In this document: positions 23,687 through 32,648 of the stretch, piece after piece
How positions within the stretch are numbered: the first letter of the stretch is position 1
Layout of the letters: each line of letters starts with the position of its first letter
NCBI GenBank assembly: GCA_044345055.1
Contig: JBIJBT010000023.1
Span: 1-35,899, forward strand
Direction: 5' to 3'
Length of the DNA stretch: 35,899 bases
Source: Bdellovibrionota bacterium
GTDB lineage: Bacteria > Bdellovibrionota_C > UBA2361 > OMIW01
Notes under the pieces: generated by a model
The model's input: only the letters and a program-made list of their open reading frames with translations
The model's database searches: none
What the model was told of the DNA's origin: nothing
Position numbers and translations under genes: made by a program

Positions 23687-25260
23687 GATTATTCGACCGA
23701 ATCGAAATAGAGAATCGAGGGAAAAAGGGGGAGCGTCCGTTGAGTCATAAGCAGCTGAGTCACAAGCATCAAGCGCCGAACAGTTTGCGGATACTTCCAG
23801 ATGAGGTGCCACTGCGAGGGGGAGAAGGGCCCCTTGGCGGGCCGCTTCGTTGGCCACCAACCCCCGAACAAGAGGTGCCCCGAACGCTTCGCACTCTTGC
23901 CCGCATTGTCGATGGAGGTCTTTGTCATCGGTGCGGAAGCTGCGTCGGAATCTGTCCGACCGGAGTTCTTGCGTGCGATACAGAAGAGTACCCGCGGATT
24001 AAAGATCTCTCCGCCTGCACCGATTGTCAGCTCTGCGTGAAGGTCTGTCCGGGAGATTCCTTCGAGGCGGATCATGTTTCGCGCCAGCTTTTTGGGGTGC
24101 CGAGTAATCATCACGATACTCACGGGCACTTTGTCGATCAGTGCGTTGCTCATGCAACCGATCCGAGAGTTCGCGAGGGCTCAACCTCGGGAGGGCTTGT
24201 TACTGCGCTGTTGCTCGATCTTCTTGAAAGGGGAGAGATAGATGGTGCGGTGACGATTCAATCGGACACCGTCGAACTTTGGCGGGGTCGTCCGATGATA
24301 GCTCGATCTCCTGAAGAGCTTCTATCTGCGATGAAGTCAAAGTATGCAATAGCGCCGACCAATATCTTGCTAGAGGAGATTAGGGAGAGGCCGGGTCGAT
24401 ACGCAGTTGTCGGTCTGCCATGTCAGATTCATGGTATCCGAAAAGCGGCTGAGCTTGATGAGAGAATTCGATCCCGAGTTGTATTGACGATTGGACTCTT
24501 TTGTCATGCGGCGATAGAGCACGAAGCCTACGGTGTGCTCTGGGGAATGCTTGGGGATACCGCAAAGGGAGCGCGGCGATTTATCTCTCGAATCGGTAAA
24601 CATCCCGGAACCCCCTATCTTGAATTGGATGATGGAACTCTCTATCCACTTTATTTTGGGGGCCGCACGAAGGGGTATCGGCCCACTTCGATAGAAATGA
24701 TTAACATTCTGTATCGGCTGTACACTCCTGAGAGATGTCTAACCTGTTACGACGCGACTGGTGAGTTTGCTGATATTGCGGTCGGAGACCCATGGATGGC
24801 GCCACCAGAGGAGGGGGTTAATTTTTATGATGGGTGGAGTTTTGCTCTGATTCGCTCCCAGTATGCTCAGTCGATCTGTAAACGGATGGCGGATGAGGGA
24901 ACTCTCAAGCTGGTTGGGGTGACTCGCCGCGAGGCGCTCGCTTGCAATTCGCTAATGGCGGGAGAAAAGCGTTGGCGGGCGTTTCGGGTTATCGAGACTC
25001 GGCGTAGACAAGGCAAACCGATTCCTGAGTACGGTTTTGAAACTCCTCGTCATAGTCCGGGTCATTTCTTAAAAACCGAACTCCATATGTGGAGTCACCT
25101 CTTCTGTTTTCTTCCGCGATTTAGGGCGGGGGTGCTTCGATTCATTCTCTCCCCCGTTGGATACTGGCTCCTCTGGCTTAACAATCAACGCCGCCAGTTC
25201 CGCTTTTGGCGCCGCGACACCCTTGCTTACCTACGTAGACGGTGGTGGGGAAGGCGTTAG
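23683..25260 (+). CDS. Coenzyme F420 hydrogenase/dehydrogenase beta-subunit (FrhB/FdhB)-family protein with 2x[4Fe-4S] ferredoxin domain
   Basis: CHRCGSCVGICP and CTDCQLCVKVCP, STSGGLVT, SKY, VGLPCQI, IGLFC, RCLTCYD..GEFADIAVGDPW. Confidence 0.9.
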   Translation: MRLFDRIEIENRGKKGERPLSHKQLSHKHQAPNSLRILPDEVPLRGGEGPLGGPLRWPPTPEQEVPRTLRTLARIVDGGLCHRCGSCVGICPTGVLACDTEEYPRIKDLSACTDCQLCVKVCPGDSFEADHVSRQLFGVPSNHHDTHGHFVDQCVAHATDPRVREGSTSGGLVTALLLDLLERGEIDGAVTIQSDTVELWRGRPMIARSPEELLSAMKSKYAIAPTNILLEEIRERPGRYAVVGLPCQIHGIRKAAELDERIRSRVVLTIGLFCHAAIEHEAYGVLWGMLGDTAKGARRFISRIGKHPGTPYLELDDGTLYPLYFGGRTKGYRPTSIEMINILYRLYTPERCLTCYDATGEFADIAVGDPWMAPPEEGVNFYDGWSFALIRSQYAQSICKRMADEGTLKLVGVTRREALACNSLMAGEKRWRAFRVIETRRRQGKPIPEYGFETPRHSPGHFLKTELHMWSHLFCFLPRFRAGVLRFILSPVGYWLLWLNNQRRQFRFWRRDTLAYLRRRWWGRR

Positions 25261-25329
25261 GGGGTTTCGGAATAAAACCTTAGGTTCTGTTAGCCTCTCC
25301 ATCGCATCAAACCAAAAGAGCTTTGAGCC

Positions 25330-25356
25330 TGTAACCAATATTTAAATTGGTACGAC
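25330..25356 (+). promoter_or_regulatory. Candidate ECF-sigma promoter TGTAAC-N17-CGAC
   Basis: Matches the typical ECF pattern (AAC at -35, CGwC at -10), about 135 bp upstream of the ECF gene. It overlaps the inverted repeat ACCAAT-N6-ATTGGT. Confidence 0.45.
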
Positions 25357-25489
25357 TAGAACAAAGCCTCAAGTTTTCACCGAGTTGTGTCGAGTAAATA
25401 GGTGAAGGCAAATTGTCTAGGATAACGCACAATTTCACATTCGTCGTGCATACCACTGGGTATTTAGATTCGGGTGTTGGTCGCAAATT

Positions 25490-26047
25490 ATGACGATGTA
25501 CGAAAATCACATACTTTTATCTGATGAAGTGGTCCAGGACCTATTTCAAACGATCTGCTCCGAGCACGTAGGGGTGGTTCGGAGGGTTGCGCGACAGTTT
25601 GTGTCGGACGCCTCAGTGCTCGATGTGCAGCAAGAAGCGCTGATGATGGCGTACCGAAAGCTCCCGCAGCTTCGAGATCCAAACTCGGTCAAAGGCTGGC
25701 TTGCTACCTTGACGCGCCGTGTTGCTCTCAAATACCTTAGCAAAAAGGGGCGACAGCTTGGCGATACCAAGAGTGGCGAAGATGAAAAAGACGGTGCTGC
25801 GGATACTCAGGCAGCTAACAAATTCGATGCGTGGCAGGGACGGGTTGAGGATATTTCGCTACTTCGCCAGCTCTGCGGCTCGCTCTCGTCCGATGATCTC
25901 ACAATTTTGGTGGGGCTCCATATAGAAGATCGGAGTATGCGTGATATATCCGAGGAGGTCGGTTTAAGTGAGGTTAATGTCAAGGTTCGTGCACACCGTG
26001 CGCGTAACCGGCTCCTAAAAGAGTTGGAAAAGGGCGAGATTATGTGA
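25490..26047 (+). CDS. ECF-family RNA polymerase sigma-70 factor
   Basis: Region 2: DVQQEALMMAYRKLPQLRDPNSVKGWL. Region 4: SMRDISEEVGLSEVNVKVRAHRARNRL. Confidence 0.9.
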   Translation: MTMYENHILLSDEVVQDLFQTICSEHVGVVRRVARQFVSDASVLDVQQEALMMAYRKLPQLRDPNSVKGWLATLTRRVALKYLSKKGRQLGDTKSGEDEKDGAADTQAANKFDAWQGRVEDISLLRQLCGSLSSDDLTILVGLHIEDRSMRDISEEVGLSEVNVKVRAHRARNRLLKELEKGEIM

Positions 26048-26227
26048 AGTTGGGTCGTTTACCTGATTTTTTCTCCCTTTTTGCGCTATTCCAAAAATTG
26101 ACCCTTCTTACCTCTATTGATACCCTCTCACGGGTATAGCGATAGATAGTAAAATACCATCGCAATCAGTGAATCTAGCTTACTTATCGCTCTGCTTCGC
26201 GACCCTTCTATTATCGTTTGAGAAAAA

Positions 26228-27112
26228 ATGCCCGACTCTACCAATACATCCTTATCCCCGACCCTTCATCTCGGGCTCCCCAAAGGGAGAATGTACTCGG
26301 GAGTTCTTTCACTTATGTCGGAGGCCGGAATCTACATCCGCTCCGATGAACGCACCTACCGTCCGGTGGTTTCCCTCCCTGGTCTTGAGGTGAAGATTCT
26401 CAAACCCCAAAATATCGCTCAGATGCTTGAATTAGGCTCACGCGATATCGGATTTGCGGGGCGGGATTGGGTGTCCGAGTTGGGAGTTGCGGTTGTTGAG
26501 CTCCTCGACACCGGGCTTGATCCGGTAAAACTCGTTGCAGCAGCGCCTCGGGAGTTGCTTGTTGATGGTAATCTTCCAAAGCGTCGGCTCGTAATCGCTT
26601 CAGAATACGAACAGCTCGCCAAAAGGTGGATCGACGAACGGGAAATTGATGCGCGGGTCATTCGAACTTACGGCGCGACTGAGGTGTTTCCGCCGGAAGA
26701 TGCCGATTGTATCGTCGATAACACCGCAACCGGTGCGACGCTGCGCGCAAATGGCCTTCATATCGTTGATGAACTAATGACCTCTTCAACATGCCTCTAC
26801 GCGAGCCAACTTGCGATGGATGATCCCGAAAAACGCTCGCGGATCGAGGATGTCGTGCTCCTTCTTTCGGGCGTTCTCGCGGCCCGTCGTCGGGTGATGA
26901 TTGAGGTGAATGTAACAGGTGAATGTCTTGAAGCGGTAGTTGCGTTAATGCCAGCAATGAAGCGAGCAACTGTATCACCTCTTCAGGGAACCGCAGGATT
27001 TGCCGTGAAAGCAGCTGTTCTGAAAGCTGACTTGCCGCGCGTTATACCGTTGATAAAAGCAGCCGGCGGGACCGATATTGCAGTGAGCGCACTGGCTCAA
27101 ATTGTCCCTTAA
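26228..27112 (+). CDS. hisG: ATP phosphoribosyltransferase, long form
   Basis: LGLPKGRM, DIGFAGRDW, IASEY, YGATEVFPPEDADCIVD..ATGATLRANGL, plus the C-terminal regulatory domain. Confidence 0.95.
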   Translation: MPDSTNTSLSPTLHLGLPKGRMYSGVLSLMSEAGIYIRSDERTYRPVVSLPGLEVKILKPQNIAQMLELGSRDIGFAGRDWVSELGVAVVELLDTGLDPVKLVAAAPRELLVDGNLPKRRLVIASEYEQLAKRWIDEREIDARVIRTYGATEVFPPEDADCIVDNTATGATLRANGLHIVDELMTSSTCLYASQLAMDDPEKRSRIEDVVLLLSGVLAARRRVMIEVNVTGECLEAVVALMPAMKRATVSPLQGTAGFAVKAAVLKADLPRVIPLIKAAGGTDIAVSALAQIVP

Positions 27113-27182
27113 AAAACCTAGTTAATATTCACGATTCTTCTAATCGAATGTTTTTTAATCGGCACTGTTTTGCGAGGACTAG

Positions 27183-27809
27183 ATGGATACCGCTACCGCA
27201 TCACCCGCACCGCGCAAAGGATCTGTCTATCGAAAAACAAAAGAGACAGAGGTCTCGGTTGAGCTTTCTCTTGAGGCAGATTCTGATAGTTCTTCATCAT
27301 CCAATAATGCTATCTCAACAGGGCTCGCTTTTTTGGATCATCTTGTCACTTCGTTCGCCACACATTCCCGAATACAGCTCACCATTAAAGCAGTAGGAGA
27401 CATCGAGGTAGATGATCACCACACCGTCGAGGATGTGGCTATCTGTTTGGGCGAGGCGATAAGGCTCGCGGTCGGAGAACGAACGGGAATTCGGCGTTTC
27501 GGAACAGGGTATGCACCGCTCGATGAAGCTCTTGCTCGGGTAGTTGTGGATCTCTCAAATCGTCCCGGATCTTCGGTTGATCTTGGGCTTCGGAGGGAAC
27601 GGATCGGGGATGTGTCCACCGAGAATTTGAGCCATTTTTTTAGATCGTTAGCGACCTCTGCTCGGATGACTCTTCATGTAGATCTTATTCGCGGAGAAAA
27701 CGATCATCACCGCGTTGAGGCGGCGTTTAAGGCGTTGGCGCTCGCCCTTCGCGAGGCGTGGTCGCTGGATGATACGATAGGTGTTCCGAGTACGAAGGGA
27801 GTGCTGTAG
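27183..27809 (+). CDS. hisB: Imidazoleglycerol-phosphate dehydratase (monofunctional)
   Basis: RKTKET, GDIEVDDHHTVED, PLDEAL, GENDHHRVEAAFKA, VPSTKGVL. Confidence 0.96.
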   Translation: MDTATASPAPRKGSVYRKTKETEVSVELSLEADSDSSSSSNNAISTGLAFLDHLVTSFATHSRIQLTIKAVGDIEVDDHHTVEDVAICLGEAIRLAVGERTGIRRFGTGYAPLDEALARVVVDLSNRPGSSVDLGLRRERIGDVSTENLSHFFRSLATSARMTLHVDLIRGENDHHRVEAAFKALALALREAWSLDDTIGVPSTKGVL

Positions 27810-27859
27810 GGCGCACCGACGAGCAAGGTTGACGAGAGAGGTAATAAGCGCAGAACAGT

Positions 27860-28474
27860 ATGGCAACAAAGAGAGTTTTTATAATAGCAACCGGTGTGGC
27901 GAATATCGCCTCGATGAAGGGTGCCTTTCATCGATTGGGGTGTGAAACGGTTCTGACCGAGGATCCTGAATCGGTCCAAAATGAGCAGCTCGTCGTTCTC
28001 CCGGGAGTAGGTGCATTTGCTGCTGGAATAGAGCGACTCCAGTCTCTCGGCCTTGTTGAGGTTATCCAAGAACGGTGCAGATCGGGCCGCCCACTTCTTG
28101 CTGTATGCCTTGGGTTACAGCTTCTATTTCGATCGAGTGAAGAGAGTGCTGGGGTAGAGGGGCTCTCGGTTTTTAACGATGCAGTATCTCGCTTTGATAC
28201 ATCACTCCGGATTCCGCAACTTGGTTGGAATAGTGTTGAGGCACCGAGTTCTGCCCAGTATCTTGAGAGTGGCCATTTTTATTTTGCAAATTCCTTCTGT
28301 GTTCGTCAGGTCGATGGTGCTTCAGCTGTTGCATCGTCTAACTACGGCCACCCCTTTGTCGCCGCATTTGAGCGAGCTGGACTCTTAGCGTGTCAATTTC
28401 ATCCAGAGCTCTCTGGTGTTGCAGGAGCAACTCTTCTTGGACGATGGGTCAATAATTCAGTTGAAAATTTTTGA
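27860..28474 (+). CDS. hisH: Imidazole glycerol phosphate synthase, glutaminase subunit
   Basis: LPGVGAF, VCLGLQLL, PQLGWN, YFANSF, CQFHPELSG. Confidence 0.95.
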   Translation: MATKRVFIIATGVANIASMKGAFHRLGCETVLTEDPESVQNEQLVVLPGVGAFAAGIERLQSLGLVEVIQERCRSGRPLLAVCLGLQLLFRSSEESAGVEGLSVFNDAVSRFDTSLRIPQLGWNSVEAPSSAQYLESGHFYFANSFCVRQVDGASAVASSNYGHPFVAAFERAGLLACQFHPELSGVAGATLLGRWVNNSVENF

Positions 28475-28521
28475 TATGTTTTTTTGGTAGCGTAGCGCTA
28501 TCGATGACATTGGAGAAACGA

Positions 28522-29289
28522 ATGCTTACTAAGCGAATCATTCCGTGTCTTGATATTCGGGGTGGACGGGTCGTTAAAGGGATTCAGTTTGGCAATATCC
28601 GTGATGCTGGTGATCCAGCCGAGCGTGCTGCGCTTTACGAGGATCAAGGAGCGGATGAAATCGTTATCCTCGATATATCGGCCTCTGATGAGGAACGGCG
28701 TGCCTGTGCCTCAACGGTTGCAGCCGTCCGTGCTCGGCTCTCCATTCCCCTAACGGTCGGTGGTGGTGTGCGAACGGTTGAGGATGCGCGGATGTTGCTC
28801 GGTGAGGGTGCCGATAAGGTAGCCGTCAACTCAGCAGCGGTGCGAAATCGGAGTCTGCTTGAGGAGCTAGCGAAGCAGTTTGGAAGTCAATGTACGATCC
28901 TTGCGCTTGATGCGCGGGGCTCGCATCTGATGACCTCACGGTATGAGGTCGTAATTAGCTCGGGTAAAGAACCAACGGGGCTTGATGCAGTTGAGTGGGC
29001 GCAAGATGCCGCAGCTTTAGGAGTTGGTGAGATTGTACTGACCAGCTTTGATCGTGATGGTACCGGCAGCGGATACGATCTTCCACTTCTTAGCGCAATT
29101 TCAGAGGCAGTTTCGGTTCCGGTCATCGCTTCAGGAGGTGCGGGAACGGTCGATGATATGGTTGATGCTTTTGCGACGGGTGTTGATGCGGTACTTGCTG
29201 CGTCGATATTTCACTACGATCGGTCAACGGTGGGTGAGGTAAAACGAGCGTTAGCTGATCGCGGAATTACGATGCGGTTGGGAGTATAA
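28522..29289 (+). CDS. hisF: Imidazole glycerol phosphate synthase, cyclase subunit
   Basis: [60 protein letters not shown] 28522 follows GGAG. Confidence 0.96.
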   Translation: MLTKRIIPCLDIRGGRVVKGIQFGNIRDAGDPAERAALYEDQGADEIVILDISASDEERRACASTVAAVRARLSIPLTVGGGVRTVEDARMLLGEGADKVAVNSAAVRNRSLLEELAKQFGSQCTILALDARGSHLMTSRYEVVISSGKEPTGLDAVEWAQDAAALGVGEIVLTSFDRDGTGSGYDLPLLSAISEAVSVPVIASGGAGTVDDMVDAFATGVDAVLAASIFHYDRSTVGEVKRALADRGITMRLGV

Positions 29290-29368
29290 CAGATAAAATA
29301 TACCTTTGAACTTTCTTTATCCAGTTGGGCATCGTGTTTGGTAGTTTGATGTATTAGGTCTAATTCAC

Positions 29369-30655
29369 ATGATAATTCCCTCAATCGATCTTCTCGGCGG
29401 TCAAACGGTCCAGCTTATTGGTGGTAAAGAGCGGGCTCTTGATCTCGGGGATCCAATTCCGTTTCTCGATCAGTTTCGATTATTTGGAGAGACTGCGGTT
29501 GTCGATCTTGATGCTGCGCTGAGACAGGGCGATAACGAAGGGCTGATCCTAAAACTCGTGGCGCGGGGTCGCTGCCGTGTTGGAGGCGGTATCCGTTCTG
29601 TTGAACGGGGTCGGTTTTGGCTCGACCATGGAGCGGAGAAGATAGTTCTCGGCACAGCGGCGACTCCAGAGATACTAGGTCAATTTCCCCGTGAGCGAGT
29701 TGTTGCTGCGCTCGATGCGAAAGAGGGCGAGGTTGTTGTTGATGGATGGCGCGTAGGAACGGGGCGCTCTATTGAGGAGCGAATCGATGTATTAAAACCT
29801 TATTCTGCGCACTTCTTAGTGACCTTTGTGGAGTCCGAGGGGCGATTGCAGGGAATAAATCTTGAGCGGGCGCGGGCCGTAGTTGCAGCTGCTGGTTCAG
29901 AGAGTCGGGTGACAATTGCAGGCGGCGTGACAACTGTTGAAGATGTGCGGGCACTCGATCAGATGGGTGCCGATGCGCAGGTGGGAATGGCGCTCTACAC
30001 GAATCGTTTTTCAGTTGCAGAGGCGGTGGGTGCGTGTTTGATGAGCGACCGCGATGATGGCCTGTGGCCAACACTAGTGTGTGATGAAGGGGGCCGGGCG
30101 CTCGGGCTCACCTATTCGAATCAAGAGAGCCTCTCTCAAGCTGCATCGCTCCGACAAGGGGTATACTGGTCACGGAAAAGAGGCTTGTGGCACAAAGGTG
30201 CAACCTCCGGCGCGACGCAGGAGCTTCGTTCTATCTCCGTTGATTGCGATCGTGATGCGCTTCGCTTTGTCGTGCGACAAAATGGTGCTGGATTTTGTCA
30301 TACAGGGGACGATAGCTGCTTTGGTCCGATCGGTGGTGTCGCAGCGCTTGAAAAACGGCTTGTATCTCGGCTTCATGGTGATTTAGGTGGAAATTCCAAC
30401 ACGCGCAATTCTTATACGCACCGTGTGGCGACTGAGGCTGGGATGTTAAGCGCAAAATTACAGGAGGAGGCGGCCGAATTGGCTGAGGCGAGTGATTCGG
30501 CAGATATCTGTCACGAAGCAGCCGATCTTCTGTATTTTACCATGGTCGCACTTGCACGGGCAAATGTTCCCTTCGCCGCTGTTGAAGAAGAGCTCGATCG
30601 CCGTGATCTAGTTGTGTCGCGACGTCACGGAGATGTAAAAGAATCGGCTCGGTAA
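29369..30655 (+). CDS. hisA-hisIE: Trifunctional fusion: HisA-like isomerase + phosphoribosyl-AMP cyclohydrolase (HisI) + phosphoribosyl-ATP pyrophosphatase (HisE)
   Basis: HisA part: MIIPSIDL, VVDLDAA, VGGGIRS, AGGV, VGMALY. HisI part: YWSRKR.LWHKGATSG, DCDRDAL, CHTGDDSCF. HisE part: SYT, KLQEEAAEL, EAADLLYF. Confidence 0.92.
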   Translation: MIIPSIDLLGGQTVQLIGGKERALDLGDPIPFLDQFRLFGETAVVDLDAALRQGDNEGLILKLVARGRCRVGGGIRSVERGRFWLDHGAEKIVLGTAATPEILGQFPRERVVAALDAKEGEVVVDGWRVGTGRSIEERIDVLKPYSAHFLVTFVESEGRLQGINLERARAVVAAAGSESRVTIAGGVTTVEDVRALDQMGADAQVGMALYTNRFSVAEAVGACLMSDRDDGLWPTLVCDEGGRALGLTYSNQESLSQAASLRQGVYWSRKRGLWHKGATSGATQELRSISVDCDRDALRFVVRQNGAGFCHTGDDSCFGPIGGVAALEKRLVSRLHGDLGGNSNTRNSYTHRVATEAGMLSAKLQEEAAELAEASDSADICHEAADLLYFTMVALARANVPFAAVEEELDRRDLVVSRRHGDVKESAR

Positions 30656-30685
30656 CTAGGTGAAATAATAAAGAACTGGATTTTT

Positions 30686-31954
30686 ATGTCGTATCAATGG
30701 CTTCAAGAGCGGGATGCTGAATCAATTGTTCGCACTGCAACTCGAGCGGTGTCGAAGGTAGCGCTTGCTCGGGCAACGGAGATTGTTGCTGCGGTGCGTG
30801 AAAAGGGTGATAGCGCAGTTTTAGAATATGCGCAGCAATTTGATGAGCTACGCGATGGTCGCCATTTATTCCAAGCTTCTGATTGTCAGGAGGCGCTTAC
30901 CCGGATTGGTGCGGAAACTCGAGCGCTCCTAGAGCGATGCGCTGAGCGGGTTGCATCGTTTGCAGCGGCACAGGGTGATGCCCTTACGGATGTTGAACAC
31001 GGGATTCCGGGTGGTGCGGCGGGACATCGAATTATTCCTCTTGAACGGGCGGGTTGTTATGTTCCGGGGGGAAGATATCCCCTCGTGTCATCGCTCCTTA
31101 TGTCGGTGGTGACAGCTCGTGCTGCGGGAGTAGCTCAAATTTGGGTTGCGACTCCGCGGCCGAGTGATGAGATGCTTGCGGCGGCAGCGATTGCAGGAGC
31201 AACAGGAGTTATTGGGGTTGGAGGAGCTCACGGAATCGCGGCTCTAGCGTTTGGTTTTGCGGGAGTGCCGGGGGTTGATTGTATCGTGGGGCCTGGGAAT
31301 TCCTACGTGACTGCGGCAAAGCTTATTGTCTCATCGCAGCTTCGGATCGATATGCTTGCTGGACCATCTGAGCTGCTAGTGATTGCTGATGAAACAGCAT
31401 CGCCGGTGCTCGTTGCTGCCGATCTATTGGCCCAAGCAGAGCACGATATCGAGGCGGTGCCGGTGCTGATTACGACGACTCGCGCTATTGCTGATGCGGT
31501 TGATAGGGAGATAGGCAAACAGCTAACAGAGCTCTCCTCTGCTGAAACCTCTAAGGCGTCGCTCCGTAACGGTTTTGTTACAGTCGTACCAACTCTTGTC
31601 GATGCCGCGCGGATTGCAAATACTATCGCGCCAGAGCATTTGCAGCTGAGCTGCGCTGAGTCAACTAAAGTAGCTCCACTTTTCACGAACTACGGCGGAC
31701 TCTTTATCGGAGAGGGAAGTGCAGAGGTACTCGGTGATTATTGTGCGGGACCAAATCATGTTCTCCCAACAGGTGGGACGGGCCGATTCCGTTGTGGATT
31801 GTCGGTGCTCGATTTTATCAAAGTTGCAACGTGGTTGCGGATAGACTCTCCAGCGCAGGCAGCCTCTCTTTATGCCGATGCAGCAGCGCTTGCTACCATC
31901 GAGGGGCTACCAGGGCATAAGCGAGCTGCTCTCGAGCGCATCGATAAAAACTGA
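30686..31954 (+). CDS. hisD: Histidinol dehydrogenase
   Basis: GCYVPGG, GGAHGIAALAFG, GPGNSYVTAAK, IDMLAGPSE, DLLAQAEHD, APEHL, GDYCAGPNHVLPTGG. Confidence 0.97.
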   Translation: MSYQWLQERDAESIVRTATRAVSKVALARATEIVAAVREKGDSAVLEYAQQFDELRDGRHLFQASDCQEALTRIGAETRALLERCAERVASFAAAQGDALTDVEHGIPGGAAGHRIIPLERAGCYVPGGRYPLVSSLLMSVVTARAAGVAQIWVATPRPSDEMLAAAAIAGATGVIGVGGAHGIAALAFGFAGVPGVDCIVGPGNSYVTAAKLIVSSQLRIDMLAGPSELLVIADETASPVLVAADLLAQAEHDIEAVPVLITTTRAIADAVDREIGKQLTELSSAETSKASLRNGFVTVVPTLVDAARIANTIAPEHLQLSCAESTKVAPLFTNYGGLFIGEGSAEVLGDYCAGPNHVLPTGGTGRFRCGLSVLDFIKVATWLRIDSPAQAASLYADAAALATIEGLPGHKRAALERIDKN

Positions 31955-32059
31955 GCGAATTAAAAATCGAAACGAACTAAAATAGTCTAATTGTTGCGAT
32001 CTAAGAACGTGACTATTGTGTCGAATGAACTACCATATCGTATAAATACGGAGCTCTCT

Positions 32060-32533
32060 ATGAAAGAAGGTGATATCGCCCCCGATTTTTCTCTCACCGA
32101 TAAAGATGGCTCTCATTATTCTCTTGCGAGCTTCACCGAGCCGTATCTTGTTATCTTCTTTTATCCTAAAGACAACACTCCAGGATGTACTATTGAGGCA
32201 AAAGCGTTCAGCGATGCTATAGAGCGTTTGGCCTCTGTTGGTGCCGCTGTCATCGGAATTTCAGGTGGCACCGACAAAACAAAAGCATCGTTCTGCAAAA
32301 AGCAGGAGCTTCGTGTCACTCTCCTTAGCGATACTGATTTTACCACTGCCAAATCATACGGCGTCTTTGGTCCTAAAACCTTCATGGGCCGCTCTTATGA
32401 GGGAATATTTCGTCAGACTGTAATTCTTGGAAAACCCGATCTTGATGGACGGCGCTCGGTGTTAAAACACTTCACTGAGGTGAGTCCTGCGAAACATGTT
32501 CCCGAGGTTGAGGAAGCTATACGGCGGCTGTAA
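32060..32533 (+). CDS. bcp: Peroxiredoxin, BCP/PrxQ type
   Basis: APDFSL, FFYPKDNTPGCTIEA, LLSD. ATG 32060 follows GGAG; the ORF track start at 31991 is likely too long. Confidence 0.9.
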   Translation: MKEGDIAPDFSLTDKDGSHYSLASFTEPYLVIFFYPKDNTPGCTIEAKAFSDAIERLASVGAAVIGISGGTDKTKASFCKKQELRVTLLSDTDFTTAKSYGVFGPKTFMGRSYEGIFRQTVILGKPDLDGRRSVLKHFTEVSPAKHVPEVEEAIRRL

Positions 32534-32648
32534 AACAGCTCGCATAACCGACTCTGTGATTGAATATTCCATTTAGCAGGAACGTTTTAAAGAGTTGGGA
32601 ATACCCTTATCTGAATTAATTTTAGGTATCAGAATTCATACACGCGCA

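Noticed and set aside
23683..25260. Evidence for F420-dependent hydrogenase or methanogen-like metabolism
   Set aside because: There are no hydrogenase large or small subunit genes, and FrhB-family genes beside pyruvyl transferases point to glycan modification.
26048..26227. his attenuator or leader peptide
   Set aside because: There is no run of His codons and no terminator/antiterminator pair, only a small ATACCC/GGGTAT hairpin.
27159..27174. Sigma-54 promoter TCGGCACTGTTTTGCG before hisB
   Set aside because: The GG-to-GC spacing is 9 nt rather than the required 10, and it lies too close to the start codon.
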